Assembly: GCA_017303995.1 (NCBI GenBank)
Contig: JAFLBE010000017.1
Location: 4,000 to 67,999, forward strand
From: Bacteroidota bacterium
GTDB lineage: Bacteria > Bacteroidota > JABWAT01
Reading direction: 5' to 3'
Length of the DNA stretch: 64,000 nucleotides
Shown here: piece by piece, positions 18,816 through 26,978 of the stretch
Position numbering within the stretch: the stretch's first letter is position 1
Layout of the letters: every line of letters begins with the position of its first letter
Made by a program: the position numbers and the translations under genes
Notes under the pieces: generated by a model
Told to the model about the DNA's origin: nothing
The model's database searches: none
Seen by the model: only the letters and a program-made list of their open reading frames with translations

Positions 18816-20011
18816 TCCCGATCGTCATTCAGGCGCTTCCAAGATGGGATGGCCGATATGCCTCGACAAGTTGTAATCTGGCAAAAGAATTATCGAAAAA
18901 ACGGTTGGTATTCTACGTTGATCATCCGTTTACCTGGAAGGATGTTAAAACAGGTGACGACCGGATCGGAACACTCAGACCCGAAATCTGGTCGGATGAA
19001 CATGAACCTTTTTACCGTCCATTTCCTGATTTTCCCAATTTTATTTCCGTGTGTCCAGATCCGTCATTGCCGGTAAATGCACTTCCTGAAGGAAAAATTT
19101 ACCGACTTCTTATTCGTTTGGTTAACCGGAAAATCTGGAAAGTTGTTGACCAGGTCTTGTGGACTTTTAAGGTTTCAGAGTTTATTTATATAAATTCCTT
19201 TGACCCAGTTTTCTGGGGAATTGCAACAGAAAAAAAGGTCAGACTTAAAATTTATCATTGTGTAGACAATATGGCCGGCGAACGGTATATCGCAAAACAT
19301 GGCGTTTTTGCAGAAGAAAAAGCTGCCCGATCTGCTGATTTTACATTCTCTACTTCGTCAGCACTGAATGAAAAAATGAAAGCATGGAATTTAAACTCAT
19401 TCCTGATACCGAACGCTGCTGACTTTTCACTTTTTTCAAAAAATGTCGAAAAAATTCCGGATGATCTTTCGCTGATCCCGGAACCCCGGATTATGTACAC
19501 AGGAAACATCGGGCTGCGGATGGATATGGATCTGATCGGGAAAATGGCGGCAGAGCATCCTGAATGGAATATAGTCTTAATTGGCCCTAAAGATCTGCGT
19601 GAGTTCAACGGACAAAATATCGAGAACATTCCAAACGTTTATTTTCTGGGTTCAAAACCCTACCTCGAATTGCCTGAGTATCTGGCGGGGGCTTCTGTTT
19701 GCATCATTCCATTTTTCCCGGATGAACTTACCAAATTTATTTATCCGCTAAAAATCAACGAATATCTGGGATCCGGCAAACCCGTGGTTACGACCCGTTT
19801 TGCAGATCTTTCAGAATTTGAAAACGTGGTTCATATTACTGATTCTCATTCAGAATTCATTGATTCTGTCCAGCTCGCTATTGAGAATAATTCGGAAGCG
19901 CTCACTGTAAAAAGGAAAGAATTTGCTTCTGAGAATACCTGGGAAAATCGTGTGAATCAGATTGAATACCTGCATAGTGATTTTTTAACTGAAGAAAGTG
20001 TGACCCCATGA
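18812..20011 (+). CDS. Glycosyltransferase-like protein (GT-B/GT4-like, divergent)
   Basis: C-terminal region IYPLKINEYLGSGKPVVTT resembles the GT-B sugar-donor-binding helix. Operon context. Confidence 0.45.
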   Translation: MIPIVIQALPRWDGRYASTSCNLAKELSKKRLVFYVDHPFTWKDVKTGDDRIGTLRPEIWSDEHEPFYRPFPDFPNFISVCPDPSLPVNALPEGKIYRLLIRLVNRKIWKVVDQVLWTFKVSEFIYINSFDPVFWGIATEKKVRLKIYHCVDNMAGERYIAKHGVFAEEKAARSADFTFSTSSALNEKMKAWNLNSFLIPNAADFSLFSKNVEKIPDDLSLIPEPRIMYTGNIGLRMDMDLIGKMAAEHPEWNIVLIGPKDLREFNGQNIENIPNVYFLGSKPYLELPEYLAGASVCIIPFFPDELTKFIYPLKINEYLGSGKPVVTTRFADLSEFENVVHITDSHSEFIDSVQLAIENNSEALTVKRKEFASENTWENRVNQIEYLHSDFLTEESVTP

Positions 20012-20631
20012 TTTCGGAACTGAAGGCAGCAATTCGGTCAAATGCCAGATTGAAATCAGTCATTCACAGAATTCTGATTCCCAAAAATGAAGCAAAACCC
20101 CGGTGGTTTGTTCCTTTGTTGGTGAATCGGTTCGTTCACAAAAGAGGCAAAAAGTCAGTAATCCGGTTTTCAGCAAGAGTCGATGTTTTTCCTTTCAACC
20201 GGTTTGAACTCGGTGATCATTCGGTTATCGAAGATTTTTGCACCATCAATAATGGCGTTGGCGACGTTTTGATTGGAAACCGAACACGAATCGGATTGGG
20301 CTCGGTTGTTATCGGACCTGTAGAAATTGGGAAGAACTGCATTTTTGCTCAGAATATCGTGATGTCCGGTTTAAATCACGGTTACGAAAATCCTGACGTT
20401 GCAATCAAAGATCAGCCTGTTTCCACTTCACATATCACCATTGAAGATGATTGCTGGATTGGAGCAAATGTTTCAATTACTGCCGGAATCACAATTGGGA
20501 AACATTCGGTAGTCGGTTCTGGAAGTGTTGTGACCAAATCGGTTCCGCCCTTTCATGTGGTGGTAGGGAACCCGGCAAGGGCAATCAAACGGTACGATTT
20601 TGAACAGAAAGTGTGGGTAAAACTGCCATGA
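20008..20631 (+). CDS. Hexapeptide-repeat (LbH) acetyltransferase, WbbJ/NeuD-like
   Basis: Repeated [LIV]-G-x-x-x-x-[LIV] hexapeptides, e.g. IGNRTRIGLGSVVIGPVEIGKNCIF and IGANVSITAGITIGKHSVVGSGSVV. Confidence 0.7.
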   Translation: MISELKAAIRSNARLKSVIHRILIPKNEAKPRWFVPLLVNRFVHKRGKKSVIRFSARVDVFPFNRFELGDHSVIEDFCTINNGVGDVLIGNRTRIGLGSVVIGPVEIGKNCIFAQNIVMSGLNHGYENPDVAIKDQPVSTSHITIEDDCWIGANVSITAGITIGKHSVVGSGSVVTKSVPPFHVVVGNPARAIKRYDFEQKVWVKLP

Positions 20632-21581
20632 AAGTTAGCATAATCATTGTGAATTATCGGGTTCCTCAATTGCTTAACGCCTGCCTTGCAAGTATCAGAA
20701 ATCAGGTAAAAGTTCAATACGAAGTCATCGTAACTGATAATGCTTCGAACGATGGATCTGTGGAAATGATCAGAGAAAAACATCCGTGGGTGAAACTGAT
20801 TGCAAGTCCGGTAAATACGGGTTTTTCTGCTGGAAATAATCTTGCCATGCCTTTTGCAACCGGCGACTATATCTTTTTCCTGAATCCCGATACAATCGTG
20901 GTAAAAGATTCAGTTGACGTGCTTTGCCAATATCTCGATTCTCATCCAGAAACAGGTTTGGTTGCTCCCAGACTTCTGAATGGGGATGGGAGTCTTCAGC
21001 GATCGATCAGAAATTTCTACTCTTTTAGTGAAACTTTATTGGACAACCGGCTCTTTCCTTTTCTTTTTAGCGGATCTGCCTGGTTCCAGAAAAACTCTTT
21101 GACCTTCTGGCAGCATGATTCTGAGAGGTCTGTCGATTGGGCAAAGGGTGCAGCGTTGCTGGTCAGGAAAAGTATTTTGGATAAAATCGGATATTTCGAT
21201 GAACAATTCTGGATTTATGGTGAAGAAATGGATTTGTGTTACAGGATTATAAAAGAGGGTTGGAAAATTGATTTCACCCCGGCTGCCGAAATAATCCATT
21301 TTGAAAAACAAAGTTCCAGACAGCATAACTCGGTCATGTTTATCCAGAACTACAAAAGTTTTTACCTGTTTCTTCTTAAACATTATCTGGGATATGACTT
21401 TCAGTTATACAGATTCCGTGCCGTTTCCATTATTCTGGCGTGGTTTTGCTTTTTTAAAGTGAAAAGCTGGTTTTCCGGCAATCCTGATGATCAGGCAGAA
21501 TCCAAAAAGTACAAAGAAGTTTTTACCTGGCATTTGAATCTGAAATCAAACCTAAAAAAACCTTTTATAGCACCAAAATGA
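20613..21581 (+). CDS. Glycosyltransferase family 2
   Basis: VSIIIVNYR, DNASNDGS and NTGFSAGNN motifs, with DXD at NPDT. Confidence 0.8.
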   Translation: MGKTAMKVSIIIVNYRVPQLLNACLASIRNQVKVQYEVIVTDNASNDGSVEMIREKHPWVKLIASPVNTGFSAGNNLAMPFATGDYIFFLNPDTIVVKDSVDVLCQYLDSHPETGLVAPRLLNGDGSLQRSIRNFYSFSETLLDNRLFPFLFSGSAWFQKNSLTFWQHDSERSVDWAKGAALLVRKSILDKIGYFDEQFWIYGEEMDLCYRIIKEGWKIDFTPAAEIIHFEKQSSRQHNSVMFIQNYKSFYLFLLKHYLGYDFQLYRFRAVSIILAWFCFFKVKSWFSGNPDDQAESKKYKEVFTWHLNLKSNLKKPFIAPK

Positions 21582-22759
21582 ATACTCTATTTGCCTTTTC
21601 AGAACTGATTTTCTGGATTCTGACCGCACTTGTAATACTTACCTACTTCGGTTACGGACTCATTGTCTGGGTGATGGTGAAAATAAAGGAAGTATTCTAT
21701 CCGTTTCATCTTCCTGAAGAAACAAAAAACCTTCCCGTGGTTACCATTCTGGTTGCTGCATTTAATGAAGCTTATGTCATTGCTGAAAAAATGGACAATA
21801 TCAGAAATATTGATTACCCCAAAGAAAAATTAAAAATCGTATTTGTTACCGATGGCTCCACAGATGAAACGCCGGCATTATTGAAAAGCTACCCTGAAGT
21901 CAGTCTGTTTCACGATCCTGAAAGAAAAGGGAAAATTGCAGCAATAAACCGGGTTATTCCATTCATTACGGGTGATGTTGTCGTTTTTTCTGATGCAAAC
22001 AGCATGTTCAATCCTGAATCAATCCTGAAAATGGTCAGACATTTTTCTAACCCGAAAGTCGGTGCGGTTGCAGGTGAAAAGCGAGTCAAAAATGCATCAG
22101 GAGATGCTTCTGCTCAGGGTGAAGGACTTTATTGGAAATATGAATCCCTTTTAAAATCGCTGGATTCCAGACTTTATTCAGCCGTTGGTGCTGCCGGTGA
22201 GATTTGGGCTATCCGCCGTTCATTGCTGGTAGCACAGCCGTCAGATTCCATCATTGAAGATTTTATTGCAAGTGTGGAATTGGTTCTAAAAGGTTACAGG
22301 GTGGTTTATGAAAAAGACGCCTGGTCACTTGAAGAGGCCAGTGTGTCTGTTAAGGAAGAAATGAAACGGAAAATCAGAATTTCAGCTGGTGGATTTCAGT
22401 CCATTATTCGTCTGAAAAAAGTATTCAACATTTTTAAATATCCGGTATTTTCTTTTCAATTTTTACTTCATCGTGCATTCCGATGGGCTGTTGTCCCTTT
22501 TTGTTTGCCTTTACTTCTGCTTTTAAACGGATTCCTCGCCTTTTTCTCGCCGGCCTATTTGGTTTTATTTGGACTCCATCTTGGTTTTCATTTGGCCGCA
22601 TGGATTGGTTACCGGTTTGAACTGGCCGGAAGAAAGCAAAAAATCCTGTCCATATTTTATTTTTTTGATGCGGCAAATCTGGCCGCAATCCTTGGCTTTA
22701 TCCGGTTTCTGAAAGGAAATCAGACAACCACCTGGGAAAAAGCACTTAGAAAAACCTGA
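21578..22759 (+). CDS. Membrane-anchored GT2 glycosyltransferase
   Basis: N-terminal TM, a GT-A domain (VTILVAAFNE, DGSTDET, FSDANS) and four C-terminal TM helices. Confidence 0.7.
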   Translation: MNTLFAFSELIFWILTALVILTYFGYGLIVWVMVKIKEVFYPFHLPEETKNLPVVTILVAAFNEAYVIAEKMDNIRNIDYPKEKLKIVFVTDGSTDETPALLKSYPEVSLFHDPERKGKIAAINRVIPFITGDVVVFSDANSMFNPESILKMVRHFSNPKVGAVAGEKRVKNASGDASAQGEGLYWKYESLLKSLDSRLYSAVGAAGEIWAIRRSLLVAQPSDSIIEDFIASVELVLKGYRVVYEKDAWSLEEASVSVKEEMKRKIRISAGGFQSIIRLKKVFNIFKYPVFSFQFLLHRAFRWAVVPFCLPLLLLLNGFLAFFSPAYLVLFGLHLGFHLAAWIGYRFELAGRKQKILSIFYFFDAANLAAILGFIRFLKGNQTTTWEKALRKT

Positions 22760-22768
22760 AAGAAAGAG

Positions 22769-23119
22769 ATGACTATGAAACTATCAACGACAACCCAAAA
22801 CGAAATCACGATTCTTTTTTTTGAAGACCGGTCAAGTGACCTTGAAAAAGTCGAAAAATTTAAATCCACTATTAAGGATCTCATCGATAACGGAAAAACC
22901 AAAATTATTCTCGACTTTTCTTCGGTAGATTTTGTGGACTCCAGTTTTCTTGGTGGTTTGGTTGTGATGCAGAAACGGGTATTATCTGTTCACGGCGATA
23001 TAAAAATTGTAAAACTTAAACCTGCTGTAAGGTTGGTTTTTGAACTGACAAGATTATACAAGGTTTTTGAAATTCTTGACACTCAGGAAGATGCCCTTCA
23101 CTCTTTTAATCTGGTATAA
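22769..23119 (+). CDS. STAS-domain anti-sigma-factor antagonist (SpoIIAA/RsbV-like)
   Basis: 116 aa. ILDFSSVDFVDSSFLGGLVVM contains the canonical phosphorylatable Ser in a DSS-like motif. Confidence 0.8.
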   Translation: MTMKLSTTTQNEITILFFEDRSSDLEKVEKFKSTIKDLIDNGKTKIILDFSSVDFVDSSFLGGLVVMQKRVLSVHGDIKIVKLKPAVRLVFELTRLYKVFEILDTQEDALHSFNLV

Positions 23120-23124
23120 AACTT

Positions 23125-24681
23125 ATGAAAGCTTTTATTTACGCCAGTGGGGAAGGCAAACGTCTTCTTCCTTTTTCAGCTGTCAGGCCAAAAGCACTCT
23201 TGCCGGTCAACAACAAGGCAGTTATCCAATACACGTTGGATAGCCTTGAAAAAACTGGCTTGTTTGATGAAATCAGAATTTCAATTTACCACCTTCCTGA
23301 ACAGTTCAGATTCCTTATTCAATCGAATTTACCTTCAGGAATTCCGGTCTCAACTTTTCTGGAGAGAAAACTAGAGGGTCTGAATTCCGTTCTGATTAAA
23401 AACAGTTCTTTTCTCAACAACACATTTATAATTTGGCCCGGTGATGTTATTTCCAATATCAACATTTCGGAAGCAGTTGATCTTCATAAAAAATCTGGCA
23501 AGCGGGTTACTTCAATTCATATCAATAACCAATTTAGCGGCATTTTTATTTGTGAACCTGAGTTTTTAAAACAAAAGCCTGATGATGCATTCTGGAAGGG
23601 AGAAAACTCCATTGTACCTACAGAAAATGTTCACAGACTTTCGGTAAGCGGTTCGTTTTTTGACCTGAACACACCTGATGATTTTTTCACCGCATCAATG
23701 ACCCTTGCTGATGGAAACCGAAATTCACCCGAGTTTCACAACCAGGGAATTTCCAATTCGGTAATCGGCGAAAATGTTAGAATTGGAAACGGTACGCGTA
23801 TCACCGATTCTATCATTCTGCCGAATACCCGTATTGGTAAAAAACTAACACTTTCAAACGTCATTGTTGACGGAAATATAGTGTATTCTATCCCTCAAAA
23901 ATATGGTTTTATAACACCCGATAAAGTTCTTTTTGCAAGGATTGAAACTGATCCTGTTGGAGTCAGGGTTCAACGGTCCCTGGTAAACATTGCAGATAAA
24001 GTGCTGTCTGGAATAGCCTTGCTCTTTCTTTTTCCGGTTTTTACGTTGGTTGCATTGGCAATTAAGCTCGACTCACCAGGTCCGGTTTTTTACCGATCAA
24101 AACGGTTATTGAAACCGGAGCTTCTCGAGAACAAAATGAATTATCTGCATTTTGAAAGGGAAGAAAAAACAGGGTACATGGTTTTCAGAACCATGGTATT
24201 GAATGCTGATAAAGTCGTATTATCTGATGAAATGTCAAATAAATATGAGGGTGGAACGTTTAAAAAGTTTGAAAATGATCCACGAATTACCAGAGTTGGA
24301 AGGATTCTCAGAAAAACAAGTTTAGATGAGCTTCCGTTATTATGGGGTGTATTTAAAGGTGATTTAAGCTTGGTTGGAATCTGGGCTTTACCGACTTACG
24401 AAGCTGAAGCAATGAACAAGTCATTTAAAGTCGGTGAGCTTGATCTGACAGAAATGGCAAAAGTTCGGTTTTCAGGAAAGTTAGGTTTAGGTGGATTCTG
24501 GCAGTCAAGAGGCAGATCAAACCTTTCTGCTGAAGAACGCGCAGTGCATGATTCTTATCAGGCTGTTATTTCCCGGTTCGAATTTAAAAATAATATGCCG
24601 TTTCTCAATTTCCTTGCTCACTATTTTGCTGTCATTAAAGACACGGCATTTAGTGTCCTTTTGCGAAAAGGTGCGATGTAA
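23125..24681 (+). CDS. Fusion protein: sugar-1-phosphate nucleotidyltransferase (N-terminal, with LbH) joined to a bacterial sugar transferase / polyprenyl-phosphate phosphoglycosyltransferase (C-terminal)
   Basis: N-terminal YASGEGKRLLPFSAVRPKALLPV (G-x-G-x-R-L-x-P nucleotidyltransferase motif). Central hexapeptide repeats. C-terminal PF02397-like region with reentrant helix LSGIALLFLFPVFTLVALAIKLDSPGPVFY, then MVFRTM and DPRITRVGRILRKTSLDELPLLWGVFKGDLSLVG. The usual PRP motif is replaced by IWALP. Confidence 0.7.
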   Translation: MKAFIYASGEGKRLLPFSAVRPKALLPVNNKAVIQYTLDSLEKTGLFDEIRISIYHLPEQFRFLIQSNLPSGIPVSTFLERKLEGLNSVLIKNSSFLNNTFIIWPGDVISNINISEAVDLHKKSGKRVTSIHINNQFSGIFICEPEFLKQKPDDAFWKGENSIVPTENVHRLSVSGSFFDLNTPDDFFTASMTLADGNRNSPEFHNQGISNSVIGENVRIGNGTRITDSIILPNTRIGKKLTLSNVIVDGNIVYSIPQKYGFITPDKVLFARIETDPVGVRVQRSLVNIADKVLSGIALLFLFPVFTLVALAIKLDSPGPVFYRSKRLLKPELLENKMNYLHFEREEKTGYMVFRTMVLNADKVVLSDEMSNKYEGGTFKKFENDPRITRVGRILRKTSLDELPLLWGVFKGDLSLVGIWALPTYEAEAMNKSFKVGELDLTEMAKVRFSGKLGLGGFWQSRGRSNLSAEERAVHDSYQAVISRFEFKNNMPFLNFLAHYFAVIKDTAFSVLLRKGAM

Positions 24682-26204
24682 TGGACAGTCACGAAAAGGA
24701 CAAAATCGATGAGTTTAGTGAGCTGCTTTCGTCAATTCTTGAGTGTGAAATATCTGTTTTAATTCGGGATGAAGAAAAAAATAAGGAGTCAGAATCCGTA
24801 AAGATTAACCTGGGTGATTTTTGTCTTTCAATTGAGAAAAAGTCAAACTCAGTTTTGAACAAAGAAAATCTTTCCCGGTTGGTAACAGGCTTTTACGACA
24901 AATTCAGGCATCAATCCGAAATCATTGAAGATTTCGCATCTCAATTGAGTGCTCTCTGGCAGGAATTTTCAATAAACAGTGAGTTGGAAGATCGGTTAAA
25001 CAGTGATCTGCCTTTAATGGTTCAAACTGATTTCATAATCGGTGAACTTGTAAAACTCGTTGATGCAAAATACGGTTTACTGGCCTTTTTTGATGAGAAA
25101 AACAAAATTTCTTTGTCCTCTTTTTCCGGTGTTACTCAAACTATTCAGAAACAGACCTTATGTTTTATTGAAAATTTCCCCGAATCAATTTGTGACACCT
25201 TAACCACCAGACTGCATATCCAGAAATCAAGTTTAGTAAAAGATAAACTAAAAGATTTTTTTGGTTCAACTAATGGTTTTTTTGAAAAAATGTGGCCGAT
25301 TCTGATCGTTCCTATTCGGGTATCCGGTAAAACAGTCGGTCTTTTCCTCCTGATAAAGGAAGATTTATACACTGAGTTTTTGTATAATGAAATTGCCTCA
25401 GTAGTAAAAATCTCAATAACCCTGGGAAATCACCTCACAAGACAAAAGACCTGGGAAGCACTTGTTGAAAATAAAGTTTATGAAAAGGAATTGCATACCG
25501 CCCGGTTGATTCAGCAAAGTTTACTCCCACCGTCCAAAATTTCTTTTAAAGGTTTTGATGTTTTTGGAGTTTGTAAACCTGCCGGATTTGTAGGCGGCGA
25601 TTGTTTCGATTACATTCCATCTGGAAGTGATCTTTATATTTTAATAGCTGATGTCTGTGGTCACGGACTCTCATCCGCAATGGTTATGAGTAATTTCAGG
25701 ACTTTAATCAGATATGCGCTATCACAGGGAACTCATCCGTCTGAAATTCTGGCAAAAACCAATGATGTATTTCAAATTGAGATAAATGATATTGCCTACT
25801 TCATTACAGGCATTTTGCTCAAATTAAGTAAAAATTCTTCCCAAATCGAATGGTTCAATTTCGGACACCATTCGCTTCTTCACTTTACCAATAATTGTGA
25901 TGAAATTTCTGAATATTCAAAGTCGGATTCTCCGGTTGGGCTTTTTCCCGGAGAATTATTTTTTCAGCAAACTGCAAATTTACAGCCCGGAGATACGATA
26001 CTGCTTTGTACTGATGGGATTCTTGAAGCAAAGGATGCCTTTCATCAAAATTATGACATAAAACGATTGGTTTCACAATTTAAAAGAAACGCCGGCGAAA
26101 GTCTGGAGTTTATTTCAGACAACATTATTTCAAGTATCAGTGAATATGAATACAAAAAAAACAATGATGATCAAACAATGGTGATGATTCGTTATGAAGG
26201 ATAA
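24681..26204 (+). CDS. GAF-like sensor domain fused to a PP2C/SpoIIE serine phosphatase (RsbU/RsbP-like)
   Basis: PP2C/SpoIIE motifs HTARLIQQSLLPP, GGDCFDY, LIADVCGHGLSSAMVMS and DGILEA. The N-terminal ~250 aa is a putative GAF/sensor domain. The start overlaps the upstream stop (TAATG). Confidence 0.8.
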   Translation: MDSHEKDKIDEFSELLSSILECEISVLIRDEEKNKESESVKINLGDFCLSIEKKSNSVLNKENLSRLVTGFYDKFRHQSEIIEDFASQLSALWQEFSINSELEDRLNSDLPLMVQTDFIIGELVKLVDAKYGLLAFFDEKNKISLSSFSGVTQTIQKQTLCFIENFPESICDTLTTRLHIQKSSLVKDKLKDFFGSTNGFFEKMWPILIVPIRVSGKTVGLFLLIKEDLYTEFLYNEIASVVKISITLGNHLTRQKTWEALVENKVYEKELHTARLIQQSLLPPSKISFKGFDVFGVCKPAGFVGGDCFDYIPSGSDLYILIADVCGHGLSSAMVMSNFRTLIRYALSQGTHPSEILAKTNDVFQIEINDIAYFITGILLKLSKNSSQIEWFNFGHHSLLHFTNNCDEISEYSKSDSPVGLFPGELFFQQTANLQPGDTILLCTDGILEAKDAFHQNYDIKRLVSQFKRNAGESLEFISDNIISSISEYEYKKNNDDQTMVMIRYEG

Positions 26205-26970
26205 TAAAACAGTACTGATTGTTGAAGATGAAAAGGTTTCTCAAACAACCCTTAGTTACATACTCAAAAAACAAAAGTATGATGTTTGGGTTGCTGATAA
26301 TGGAAAAACCGGATTCGAACTTTCAAAAATGAACAGGCCGGATGTCATTATCTCAGATGTGATGATGCCGGTAATGAATGGCTATGAAATGGTTCAGAAA
26401 ATTCGGAATGAAATTCCTGATTATAACCCGATCATCTTTATTTTAACGTCGAAAGGAAAACGAATTGAAGAAGCAAAATCCTTGATTTCAGGGGCAAATG
26501 GGTTTCTTACAAAACCATTCAATTTAATCAGATTCACCGAAACAATGGATTCGTTCCTAACCGGAAAAATGGAATCCATATACTTCTATGACGTTCTAAA
26601 TGAATTAGCCAAACTTGAACAATTTGTACATAAAATTCAGGAATCCTGGCAATTATCAGAAATTGCAACCATTCGTCTCAGACTAACCATCCACGAAATT
26701 ATTATAAATATCGGTACGCATGGTTCATTAAAGTTCAAACCACTCTTTATTAAAGTGGTGGTTCAACTTATCGCCGGACAAAAAATACGGGTGGAAATAA
26801 ATGACAACGGGATGCCTTTTGATTATGGCGAACAACCCGGGTTGGTTGATCCTGAGTCACCAGGTGGAAGAGGGATTTTTCTTCTTCATTCATTGGCCAG
26901 AGAGGTGAAATCTTATCATGATGAAGTGAGAAATTTGCTGACGTACGAAATCGTTTTAAATTCTGACTAA
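26194..26970 (+). CDS. Response-regulator receiver domain fused to an RsbW/SpoIIAB-type serine kinase (HATPase_c) anti-sigma-like domain
   Basis: REC motifs LIVEDE, phospho-acceptor D in VIISDVMMP, and LTSKG. C-terminal GHKL fold IHEIIINIGTHG...VEINDNGMPFD...GGRGIFLLHSLA. Confidence 0.7.
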   Translation: MKDNKTVLIVEDEKVSQTTLSYILKKQKYDVWVADNGKTGFELSKMNRPDVIISDVMMPVMNGYEMVQKIRNEIPDYNPIIFILTSKGKRIEEAKSLISGANGFLTKPFNLIRFTETMDSFLTGKMESIYFYDVLNELAKLEQFVHKIQESWQLSEIATIRLRLTIHEIIINIGTHGSLKFKPLFIKVVVQLIAGQKIRVEINDNGMPFDYGEQPGLVDPESPGGRGIFLLHSLAREVKSYHDEVRNLLTYEIVLNSD

Positions 26971-26978
26971 GAGTGAGT

